From NCBI GenBank assembly GCA_965215565.1, contig CBDCDZ010000004.1, positions 3,904,001 to 3,968,000 on the forward strand: a stretch of DNA of 64,000 nucleotides, read 5' to 3'. Below the pieces are notes generated by a model that was given only the letters and a program-made list of their open reading frames with translations, was not told the origin of the DNA and ran no database searches. Positions within the stretch are counted from its first letter, which is position 1, and the number at the start of each line of letters is the position of its first letter. This stretch comes from Trueperaceae bacterium (GTDB taxonomy: Bacteria; Deinococcota; Deinococci; Deinococcales; Trueperaceae). The position numbers and the translations under genes are program-made. Positions 55,590-64,000 of this stretch are shown here, piece after piece.

Positions 55590-56717
55590 ATGAAGAGACG
55601 AGTGCGTGCGTTCAGGATCAACATCCTCTTATTCACCCTGTTCGTACTCTTGGCGGGAGGGTTAGCAGGCGCTGGCTTCGCCTCTGCGCAGCGTGAGGGT
55701 GCAGGTCTCATCATCGTGAGCAAGCCGCCGCCGCCCGCCGTGCCGAGTGACCCCTCTCAAGGGCTGATCTTTCGCGCACCCCTCGACATGTCCGCCTCGA
55801 GCATCACCTTCGACACCTCCAATACAGCAGAAGGTGAAGCTGTAGACGCCCCTAAAAGCCTCGAGTACCTCCGCCTAGACAGCGCTGGCGACGCCTATAT
55901 CACCTTCGACGACGGACCCGCCGAAGCTGCGCCCGGCGGCGTTATGGTCATCGAAGACTTCATGAACCGGACGGGCTTTGGTTCGTCTAAAGACCGCCTC
56001 ATTACGGGCGAAGCGGCGGGCTTAGTCGCGCCAAAAGACCTCGTGGTGGCGGACGACTCAGGCGTCGTCATCGTCTCGGACTTCGCCGAGGCGAAGGTGG
56101 CGGTTTTCGACGTTCTAGCTGACGGCGATACTGCGCCGCGCTTCGTCACGCCCGAGCTTGGTCTAACGGAGGCGGGCGAGCCGCGCCGCCCTTGGGGTCT
56201 CGCCTTCGACGCGGCGGCAGACAGGCTTTTCGTGGGTGGCACCGACGGCACGGTGCTCGTCTTTGACGCCTACCTCGCCGACCGGGGCGAGGGCGGACCG
56301 GACCGCGTATTCACGCCCTTTCTGGGAGGCGAACAGGCGTCCGCTAATATTCATGACCTCGTCTACCTAGCAGACGAAGACGTACTTATCGCGACGGACG
56401 TGGGCGCGGCGACTACTGCCGACCAGCCGGGTTTCGACGCGGACGGCAAGGTGTTTGTGCTCGAGAATGCGAGCACCGCCGAGGGCGAAACCGAAGTCAA
56501 GGCGCAACTCGCCGGGTCAAGTACCATGCTGGGCAACCCCGTCGGCGCGGCGTCCCACGGCAGCGACCTCTTCATCACTGAGAAGACGAAGGACGCCGTG
56601 CTTCGTTTCAGCGGCGTTCTCGGCATGTCGGGTGCGGTTGACATTGCGCCGACGGGCGCGGTCACGGTGGCGAAACCCGAGGCGGTGGCGTTGGTGTCTG
56701 AAGCAAACGCCGACTGA
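55590..56717 (+). CDS. Secreted single-domain paralog of the propeller-like repeat
   Basis: RBS GGGAGG; signal peptide ending ASA; GLVAPKD, SDFA, NIHD, DVGAATT, LGNPVG, TEK, KPEAV. Confidence 0.82.
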   Translation: MKRRVRAFRINILLFTLFVLLAGGLAGAGFASAQREGAGLIIVSKPPPPAVPSDPSQGLIFRAPLDMSASSITFDTSNTAEGEAVDAPKSLEYLRLDSAGDAYITFDDGPAEAAPGGVMVIEDFMNRTGFGSSKDRLITGEAAGLVAPKDLVVADDSGVVIVSDFAEAKVAVFDVLADGDTAPRFVTPELGLTEAGEPRRPWGLAFDAAADRLFVGGTDGTVLVFDAYLADRGEGGPDRVFTPFLGGEQASANIHDLVYLADEDVLIATDVGAATTADQPGFDADGKVFVLENASTAEGETEVKAQLAGSSTMLGNPVGAASHGSDLFITEKTKDAVLRFSGVLGMSGAVDIAPTGAVTVAKPEAVALVSEANAD

Positions 56718-56956
56718 TTAACGTTTCAGATCAGGTTCGAGCAAGGCGTCGCTAGCGGCTGCGCGAAGCTATGGACTCGTGTGCCATAAGGTGCAGCGCG
56801 GATAGTTACGAAGGGGCGCTAGATGAAGGCTTCGTAAACGTTTCTTCAAGCCTCAACCAGGTGTTTTTGTGTGCCCTGAGCCTGCTTAGCCCTCCGAAAT
56901 CCTTATAGTAAAGAAAACTAGCGAAATCTATAGCTAAGTTGTCACCGTAAGATGAC

Positions 56957-56989
56957 CGCAGCAAAGAACGCAGCAAAGAACGCAGCAAA
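56957..56989. repeat. 12-bp tandem repeat, ~3 copies
   Basis: CGCAGCAAAGAA CGCAGCAAAGAA CGCAGCAAA. Confidence 0.75.
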
Positions 56990-57005
56990 AGCGACGTGTA
57001 GGCAA

Positions 57006-57116
57006 TAGGAACGAACATAACCACTGAGCTTGAATCACACAGGGATCATCACTAAAAGTACGCGTTACGCGGTGTTCCTGAAGGTGAAATTGGCTCAAAC
57101 CAGATGATACCTGCTA
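57006..57116. mobile_element. MITE family C, copy 5 (diverged, 111 bp)
   Basis: Ends CCAGATGATACCTGCTA; starts TAG...ACTGAG at the same spacing as copies 3 and 4. Confidence 0.55.
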
Positions 57117-57132
57117 TCTTCAAAGGAGAACC

Positions 57133-59127
57133 ATGAACACGGCAGCGAAAAGCGTCTCTCGGGTGCCCCACCCTTCCGCACCCGGGCCTACAGGCACCTA
57201 CACCGCACCTGAAGGGACAGGGCACGCCGTTTTGGGGCGCACGCTGCCCTCCTTGCTCGACGAAGCGTGCCGCAACAACCCGAACGAGCGGGCGTTCAAC
57301 CAGTTCAGGGAGGGCGTGTGGCAGCCCCTATCCACCGCCGACTTCCGCATTCAAATCGAAGCTTTGGCGCTCGGACTCACTGACTTGGGTTTGAGGAGAG
57401 GCGACCGCGTCGCCTTCTTCACGCACAGCGACCTCTCGTTCTGCCTCCTCGACATGGCGTGCGCCGTTGCGGGCCTGGTCAGCGTCCCGATCTACCTCAC
57501 GCACACGCCCGAAGCGATTCACTTTATCTTGGATGAGACCCGGGCGAAGGTGCTCGCCGTTTCGGACGGGGTACTTCTGGCGGATATCGAACCGCTGTTA
57601 GGTGACGTGGAAGGGCTCGAGTCCCTCCTCCTCTATGACGCCGAGAACAGTGCCCCAACCTCTAAGCGTCCCCTCCTCACCTACAGCGACGTGCAAGAGC
57701 GTGGTGAGCGTGTACGCCGCGAAGACCCGGGCGCGATTCAAACACTCCGCGCGGACCTGCAACCCGACCATCTCGCCACCATCATCTATACCTCCGGCAC
57801 GACGGGCACACCCAAAGGTGTGATGCTCAGCCACGAGAACCTAACTTCGAACGCGGTCGCGGCCTTTAGCGGCATCCACGAACTCAAGCGCGGCGAAGAG
57901 GTGGCGCTCTCCTTCTTGCCCCTCACGCACGTGTTCGCGCGGGCGATTCAGTACGGCTACATGGCGTGGGGCGTCGCGGTGTACTTCACGACACCGGACA
58001 AGGTCGGCGAGCACCTGCGCGACGTGGAGCCTACCGTCTTCGCCACCGTGCCGCGCGTGTTGGAGAAGGTCTACGAGCGCATCTTGACGGCGGGCAGCGC
58101 CCTCAGCGGTACCAAAAAGCGGCTCTTCGACTGGGCGCTAGAGCTGGCGCGGCGCTACCGCGTCGGCGAGATACCTAAAAGCCTCTACGCGCTGCAACTT
58201 CGCGCCGCCGACAGGCTCGTCTTAGCGCGTTGGCGTGCGGCTTTAGGCGGCGAGATGCGCCTCGTCATCGTAGGCGGCGCGGCTCTGCGCCCCGAGCTGG
58301 TGCACCTCTTCGGCGCAGTCGGCATCGACGTATTGCAAGGCTACGGTCTCACCGAGACGAGTCCGATTATCGCGTACAACCGCCCCGAGGCGAACCGCGC
58401 CGGGACGGTTGGGCAAGTCTTAGCTGGCGCAGAGGTCAAGCTGAGCGAAGAGGGCGAAATCCTGACGCGCGGTCCGCATGTTATGAAGGGCTACTACAAT
58501 AACCCCGAAGAGACGAACAAGGTCATCGACGAAGCGGGCTGGTTTCATACCGGCGACTTAGGCGAAGTGTCCGAAGACGGCTTTCTCAGCATCACCGGGC
58601 GGGTCAAAAACCTCTTCAAGCTCTCGACGGGTAAGTACGTGATGCCGCAGCCCTTAGAGGGCATGTTGGAAACCAACGACCTCATCGAAACCGCGCTAGT
58701 CGTGGGCGAAGGCGAGAAGTACACCGCCGCGCTGCTCTTTTTAAGCCAAGATCAACTTAGGAGCTTCGCCAAGCGCCTCGAGCTAGCGGGGGAGACGGCG
58801 GATTGGTTGGGGTCCGACGCTCTGCAGACTCACCTCAAAGAGGTCTTAGGGCGCGCCAACCGCAGCCTGCCGCACTGGTCACACATCAAACGCGCGGCGC
58901 TGATTGCGGAGAGTCTGACGCTCGAGAATGGGCTCCTCACGCCTACTCTAAAAGTTAAACGCCAAGAGGTCGTGAAGCGCTATGAGGCGCAGCTAGACGC
59001 TCTATTCGGGCGCGGCGGAGCGCCTAGTGAGACAAGCAGCGCGCAAGATAGCGAGGGACACAGCGGAAAGGTCCCGCCTGCGAGTGCTATCATAAATGTC
59101 GAAATGCAAAAAAGCGTCCAGGCTTAG
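57133..59127 (+). CDS. Long-chain fatty acid-CoA ligase (AMP-dependent)
   Basis: TIIYTSGTTGTPKG; SFLPL.H; QGYGLTET; WFHTGDLG; GR.KNLFKLS.GKYV.PQ; LTPTLKVKR. Confidence 0.92.
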   Translation: MNTAAKSVSRVPHPSAPGPTGTYTAPEGTGHAVLGRTLPSLLDEACRNNPNERAFNQFREGVWQPLSTADFRIQIEALALGLTDLGLRRGDRVAFFTHSDLSFCLLDMACAVAGLVSVPIYLTHTPEAIHFILDETRAKVLAVSDGVLLADIEPLLGDVEGLESLLLYDAENSAPTSKRPLLTYSDVQERGERVRREDPGAIQTLRADLQPDHLATIIYTSGTTGTPKGVMLSHENLTSNAVAAFSGIHELKRGEEVALSFLPLTHVFARAIQYGYMAWGVAVYFTTPDKVGEHLRDVEPTVFATVPRVLEKVYERILTAGSALSGTKKRLFDWALELARRYRVGEIPKSLYALQLRAADRLVLARWRAALGGEMRLVIVGGAALRPELVHLFGAVGIDVLQGYGLTETSPIIAYNRPEANRAGTVGQVLAGAEVKLSEEGEILTRGPHVMKGYYNNPEETNKVIDEAGWFHTGDLGEVSEDGFLSITGRVKNLFKLSTGKYVMPQPLEGMLETNDLIETALVVGEGEKYTAALLFLSQDQLRSFAKRLELAGETADWLGSDALQTHLKEVLGRANRSLPHWSHIKRAALIAESLTLENGLLTPTLKVKRQEVVKRYEAQLDALFGRGGAPSETSSAQDSEGHSGKVPPASAIINVEMQKSVQA

Positions 59128-59180
59128 TGGCGTTGTAACCGCAAATAGCAAACGTGTAAAACCCAAGATTGGAGCACTAC

Positions 59181-60533
59181 ATGGCGATTAAAAACCCTAT
59201 GAAGATGATGGAGCTGATGAATAAGCTCGACGTGGATAAGGTTGCGAAACTCTCCGAAAAGGTTGACCTCAACAAGCTCATCGGCATGGTCTCCTCGATG
59301 GACGAAAAGACCCTTAACCGCATGATGAAGATGGCTGCGCCGAAAAAAGCGAGCGACTTACCTCCTGCCAACGGCGACTTCTACGACATGGCGTCCACCT
59401 TCACCGAGCGCCAACGCAGCATTCAGATGAAGCTCCGTCACTTCATGGAGCGTGAGGTCGAGCCCATCATCAACGACTACTGGCAGCGCGACGAGTTCCC
59501 CAAAGAACTCATTCCCAAGTTCCGCGAGTTGGACCTCATCAAAGAGATTTTTGACGAAAATGGTGAGCGTACACCCGACGCTTCGATGATCGAGGGCATC
59601 ACCACGATGGAGATGTCGCGCATCGACGTGTCTACCACTGTCTTTTTCGGCGTCCACGCCGGTCTCGCTATGTGCTCAATTCTGGTCGGCGGCTCCGAAG
59701 CGCAAAAGCGCAAGTGGCTCCCCAAGATGCGCGATATGGAGATCATCGGCGCGTTCGGTCTGACCGAGCCCGACGTCGGCTCCGCCGTCTCGCAAGGGAT
59801 GAAGACCACCTGCCGCCGCGAGGAGGACGAGTGGGTCCTAAACGGTGAAAAGTACTGGATCGGTAACTCGACGTTTAGCGACATCACGATTATTTGGGCA
59901 AGGGACGAGGACGACGGACAGGTCAAAGGCTTCATCGTCCGCAACGACACGCCCGGCTTCAGCGTGAAGAAAATCGAAGGTAAAATTGCCCTTCGCGCTG
60001 TCGAAAACGGCCACATCACCATGCAGAACTGCCGCGTTGCCGAGGAGGACCGCCTCCAGAACGCCAACTCGTTTCGCGCCACCGCTGATGTCTTACGCAT
60101 GACCCGCGCGGGCGTCGCCTGGCAAGGCGTCGGCTGCTCGATGGGTGCGTACGAAAAAGCGCACGCCTACGCGCAGAGCCGCACGCAGTTCGGTCGCCCG
60201 ATTGCCAACTATCAGCTCGTCCAAAACCTCCTGGTGCAGATGCTCGGCAACACCACCGCGCTGCAAACCATGTGCATACGGCTTTCGCAACTGCAAGACG
60301 AGGGTGAGATGACCGACGAGCAAGCCTCACTCGCCAAAGTCTTCTCCGCGAAGCGCTGCCGCGAATCCGTCGCCTTGGGCCGTGAAGCGTTCGGCGGCAA
60401 AGGGATATTGTTAGAGAACCACGTCGCCCGCTACTTCTGCGATACCGAAGCGATCTACTCGTATGAGGGAACGAATGAGATCAACACGCTCGTTGTTGGG
60501 CGTGCGGTGACGGGATTGAGCGCGTTTGTTTGA
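59181..60533 (+). CDS. Acyl-CoA dehydrogenase (glutaryl-CoA dehydrogenase/ACX4-like)
   Basis: [47 protein letters not shown]. Confidence 0.92.
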   Translation: MAIKNPMKMMELMNKLDVDKVAKLSEKVDLNKLIGMVSSMDEKTLNRMMKMAAPKKASDLPPANGDFYDMASTFTERQRSIQMKLRHFMEREVEPIINDYWQRDEFPKELIPKFRELDLIKEIFDENGERTPDASMIEGITTMEMSRIDVSTTVFFGVHAGLAMCSILVGGSEAQKRKWLPKMRDMEIIGAFGLTEPDVGSAVSQGMKTTCRREEDEWVLNGEKYWIGNSTFSDITIIWARDEDDGQVKGFIVRNDTPGFSVKKIEGKIALRAVENGHITMQNCRVAEEDRLQNANSFRATADVLRMTRAGVAWQGVGCSMGAYEKAHAYAQSRTQFGRPIANYQLVQNLLVQMLGNTTALQTMCIRLSQLQDEGEMTDEQASLAKVFSAKRCRESVALGREAFGGKGILLENHVARYFCDTEAIYSYEGTNEINTLVVGRAVTGLSAFV

Positions 60534-60555
60534 GCTTAGCTGTTAAAGTAACGTT

Positions 60556-60583
60556 GAGGACACTTAAAGTGTCCTCTTTTTTT
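60556..60583 (+). terminator. Intrinsic terminator
   Basis: Stem GAGGACACT/AGTGTCCTC followed by T7. Confidence 0.85.
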
Positions 60584-60604
60584 AGGCATATTTTAAGGAG
60601 AGCG

Positions 60605-60781
60605 ATGAAATACAAACGTGTTTCGGTCAAGCTGAGCGGCGGCGCGGTAGCCGGGAAGCGAGAGTTCGGTTTTGATCACGAGAGTTTAGCGCATCTCGTC
60701 AATGAACTTCTATCTGTAGCGGAAGCGGGCGTGGCGCTAAGTGTTGTCATCGGCGGCGGCAACATCTTAGTCCACCCTTAA
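60605..60781 (+). pseudogene. pyrH: Truncated UMP kinase fragment (58 aa)
   Basis: RBS AAGGAG; MKYKRVSVKLSGGAVAG...VVIGGGNI then a stop; the rest of the gene is absent. Confidence 0.75.
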
Positions 60782-61032
60782 AGTAAGCGGCGCGCCTAGT
60801 ATCCTTTAAGTCAAACCTCACCCTCGAGCGTTGCTCCAAATCTCATCAGGAACAGAAAAACTAAGCGTTAAAAATCTTAAAAACACCCTACAAAAGCGGC
60901 GTTACGCCTCTATGCTAAGGCTCTCGTAAGAAATCTATACGCTCTACCCTTATATGTAGCCTCTGAATTGCTCGAGGTTTAGAAGGTGTCCGTTGTCTTT
61001 ACTGAGAACGACACCCATAGGGAGAGGGTTCT

Positions 61033-62868
61033 GTGATACAGCCGAGAAAAGGTTTAGTGACGTTATTTCTACTTTTGTTAGGGTTTCTTGTAAGTTGTGG
61101 TGGATCAGGTACTCAGAGCGGATCAGTTGAGGCGCAGGCGCAACTCCGGTTGGAGCCGCAAGGAATTTCAGTAATGGACGCTGGCGCTGAAGGTGGGCAG
61201 GCTGTTGCGCTGTGGAGCGGCGCAGACGGCGCTTACTTCTCTCTTGACAAAGTGCCTGACAGTTGCTACGAGATAAGCGTGCGAGTTAGAGCTGACCTCT
61301 ATGAAGGTCCGCCCAAACTGCGTCTAAGTGTAAACGGTAGCCTTGCAAAGGACCCTAAACCCGTCGCGAACACGTCTTATAAGGACCTGTCGTTTGGTTA
61401 CGTCTGCTTAGAAGGTGGACGCATCGACGCTAACCTTCTTGATGACCGCTATGACGGCGCAGGTAAAGACCGCAACCTTTACGTTGACAGTTTGACCCTC
61501 ACCACACCTGCTGAAGAGAACATCTCCAAGCCTATAGCGCCGCCGCCCATCGAGCCCGGAACTCAACCTGACGCTAAAGGGCTTAGTTTGAGCATCGACG
61601 CGAACGCGAGAGGTAAGGCTGTGCGTCCGGTAGGACTTGCGCTCAACCCGATCAGAGACACCATGAGCTTAGAGGCGGCGGCGCAAGGGGTAGGTGCGAA
61701 GACCTTGCGCTGGGGCGCGATGGAAGCCTATTTCGACAAGGCGGCGGCTCCCAAATTCAAAGTCGGGGTTCAAGACCCCAATCACTGGATGGCGTGGGCT
61801 ACCGATAGCTCAGGTCACCGCACGCTCGACTTGCCTTTTGACGACTTTATGAAGCTCGCTCAGAACATGGGGGCAGAGCCCATCCTCGTCGTCCACATTC
61901 ACTCCGCTCTTTACGAAGGACCGCTTCCCCATGGCGACTGGAATACCATCGTCCAAGCCGCGGCGGACTGGGTTGAATACGCCAATATTACTCAAGGATA
62001 CGGCGTCAAACGTTGGGAAATCGGCAACGAAGTGGACCTAAACGGCTGGTCACCCGAACAGTACGCCAAGATGGTCAAAGACATTTCGGCGGCGATGAAA
62101 GCTGTTGACCCTACGATTAAAATCAGCGCGAACAGCATGGGCGGCAAGGCCTGGTGGGACAAGGTCATGCCGAGTATCGCTGGCGATATAGATTTTTTGG
62201 TGACGCACCAGTACTCCTGGTACACGGACTACGATCAGTGGAAGGACGATCCCTACAGCGTCGGCAACTTCATCGACGACGCACTCTACGCACGTGACAC
62301 GTACCTGCCGGGCGCGCCGCTCGTCCTGACGGAGGTTAGCGCCTTACAGCCTAACCAGGCTACGGAAACGAACTCCGTGTGGCGGGCGGTTCATAACGTT
62401 GAGGTGCAAGCCACGGCGCTTCACAAGGGCGTCGATCAAAATTACTTTTGGGTGAGCCGCTGGTTTGGCGACGAAAATGCCGACATGACCCGCGCGTTCA
62501 ACGCCGACTACCAACCGCTCGCTACCGGAACGTCATTAATGTTCCTCAACCGTTTTGTCGGCGGCAATATCCTGAGCTACGATCCATTTGTGAGTAGCAG
62601 CGTGCGCTCCTGGTCTTTTGTGGACGAAGCGGGTAACCTTACGGTCCTCATGCTCAACAAAGCAACCGAGCCCCAAGCGTTAAACGTCAACCTGCAAAAC
62701 TACCGAGGTACGCTTGAGAACAGCCGCGCTTCGCTCTCAGGTGACGCGCCGAACTCGACCGAGATTCGTATCACTGATGAAGCACCCGTAGGCGCGACGA
62801 ACGAAGGCTTCAACCTCACGCTCCCAGGACTTTCCGTCACGGCGGTTCGGTTTGGCACAACCCCTTAG
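61033..62868 (+). CDS. Lipoprotein glycoside hydrolase (clan GH-A-like) with N-terminal carbohydrate-binding module
   Basis: Lipobox LVSC; DRYD...DRNLYVDSL (CBM60-like); WEIGNE; LTE; C-terminal beta-sandwich LP..SVT. Confidence 0.75.
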   Translation: MIQPRKGLVTLFLLLLGFLVSCGGSGTQSGSVEAQAQLRLEPQGISVMDAGAEGGQAVALWSGADGAYFSLDKVPDSCYEISVRVRADLYEGPPKLRLSVNGSLAKDPKPVANTSYKDLSFGYVCLEGGRIDANLLDDRYDGAGKDRNLYVDSLTLTTPAEENISKPIAPPPIEPGTQPDAKGLSLSIDANARGKAVRPVGLALNPIRDTMSLEAAAQGVGAKTLRWGAMEAYFDKAAAPKFKVGVQDPNHWMAWATDSSGHRTLDLPFDDFMKLAQNMGAEPILVVHIHSALYEGPLPHGDWNTIVQAAADWVEYANITQGYGVKRWEIGNEVDLNGWSPEQYAKMVKDISAAMKAVDPTIKISANSMGGKAWWDKVMPSIAGDIDFLVTHQYSWYTDYDQWKDDPYSVGNFIDDALYARDTYLPGAPLVLTEVSALQPNQATETNSVWRAVHNVEVQATALHKGVDQNYFWVSRWFGDENADMTRAFNADYQPLATGTSLMFLNRFVGGNILSYDPFVSSSVRSWSFVDEAGNLTVLMLNKATEPQALNVNLQNYRGTLENSRASLSGDAPNSTEIRITDEAPVGATNEGFNLTLPGLSVTAVRFGTTP

Positions 62869-62955
62869 ACGTGTAAAGAGTCAGTCCGTTGTAAGCTTTC
62901 TCGAGGTTAGCGCGAGGGTGCGCTTCACTGCACCCTCTTAGCCCAAAGAGGAATT

Positions 62956-63804
62956 TTGCGAATGAGACAACCGCTTACCCTTGTCACCGCTCAAAGCTAT
63001 ATTTCGGCAGATGTAGCAGAAAACGGACGCGAAGTGCGCCGCTTGATGAGGCAAGCTCGTCAGGGGGGCGCGGACCTTGTCCATTTTACAGAGGGTGCGT
63101 TATCCGGTTGTGTCAAAAAACAGATACGGAGCTGGGAAGAGGTTGACTGGACGCTGTTGAGGCGAGAATTGGACGCTATAGCAAACTTAGCAGGTGAGCT
63201 GAGCATCTGGACCGTGTTGGGCCGCAACCACCGTCTAACGCCTCCGAACAAACCTCATAACAGTCTCTACATCATCTCCGCTGAGGGTCAATTAGAGACC
63301 CGCTACGATAAGCAGTGGTGTTCGCACACTGAAGTATCTGACTGGTACACGCCAGGCCAAGGTCTATGCATCTTTGAGGTTGAAGGATGGCGTTTTGGGT
63401 GCGCTCTCTGTATTGAAATCCAGTTTCCTGAACTCTTCCTTGCCTACGCCGAAAATACGGTTGACTGTGTGCTTTTCTCGTCCTATTCAGACTCGGCGAT
63501 GTTCGGCATACAAGCACAAGGTTACGCCGCGTCTCACAACGTCTGGTTTAGCGTCTCTGTACCCGCGCAGATGAGCCACGCGCTTTCCCTTTCCAGCCGA
63601 ATGATTGCGCCAAGCGGAGAACTTCAAGAAGTCTGTGGGCGCGAAGCTTCGACGTTCGTTCTTAGCGTGCTCGATCCCAGAGCGCCCGAGCTAAACATTC
63701 CTCTAAACTATGCCAAACCGTGGCGGAGGGAGGCTCGAGCCGGTGACATCTACCGCTCGCGTTACGTCGCCGACACTCGAAGTGAGGAGAAGACAAAGTT
63801 CTAG
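62956..63804 (+). CDS. Carbon-nitrogen hydrolase (nitrilase superfamily)
   Basis: FTEGAL (Glu), RYDK (Lys), LCIE (Cys) triad. Confidence 0.85.
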   Translation: MRMRQPLTLVTAQSYISADVAENGREVRRLMRQARQGGADLVHFTEGALSGCVKKQIRSWEEVDWTLLRRELDAIANLAGELSIWTVLGRNHRLTPPNKPHNSLYIISAEGQLETRYDKQWCSHTEVSDWYTPGQGLCIFEVEGWRFGCALCIEIQFPELFLAYAENTVDCVLFSSYSDSAMFGIQAQGYAASHNVWFSVSVPAQMSHALSLSSRMIAPSGELQEVCGREASTFVLSVLDPRAPELNIPLNYAKPWRREARAGDIYRSRYVADTRSEEKTKF

Positions 63805-63831
63805 CTCCGTTGGTACGTAACCTTGCTAGTT

Positions 63832-64000
63832 TCAATATCCCCGCCTCTTATCCACCACATGCGTCAGCGCTTCCCCTCTCTCATACAGCCGCAAATTCTC
63901 CAAAAAAATCTTGAGCGCTCTTTCATCATAGTGGGGCGTATCCCCCGAGTAATGCGCTGTCACGATGACGTTCTCCATCTCCCAAAGCGGCGAGTCTTCC
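63832..64000 (-). CDS. D-2-hydroxyacid dehydrogenase, 3' end (rest outside window)
   Basis: Manual translation: EDSPLWEMENVIVTAHYSG...FLENLRLY..GE.L..VVDKRRGY*. Confidence 0.8.
   Translation of the reverse strand, partial: EDSPLWEMENVIVTAHYSGDTPHYDERALKIFLENLRLYERGEALTHVVDKRRGY

Overview
GC-rich bacterial chromosomal window, most likely Deinococcota (Trueperaceae-like). This rests on an SdrP/DdrI-type CRP regulator, a Cys-less FmdB protein, a multi-POTRA BamA and many genes with a TANNNT box 5-8 nt before the start codon. It is mostly housekeeping (metX 3' end, dgt, sufE, bamA, gpsA, nth, ppgK, fatty-acid CoA ligase, acyl-CoA dehydrogenase). It also holds a 7-gene type IV pilus-class chemosensory cluster, a TetR operon with visible operators, a ParDE module, four probable pseudogenes and several miniature repeat families, including an IS1-like MITE whose two copies both keep 8-bp target duplications. 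The most novel-looking locus is 49.4-56.7 kb. There a SigK/RskA-type ECF sigma/anti-sigma pair is flanked by secreted proteins carrying four copies of one unassigned ~300-aa propeller-like domain, with three matching GCATCY-N16/17-CGTW promoter motifs and a long leader hairpin. No rRNA, tRNA, CRISPR array or intact transposase/integrase was seen. All assignments come from recognising motifs by eye; no searches were run.
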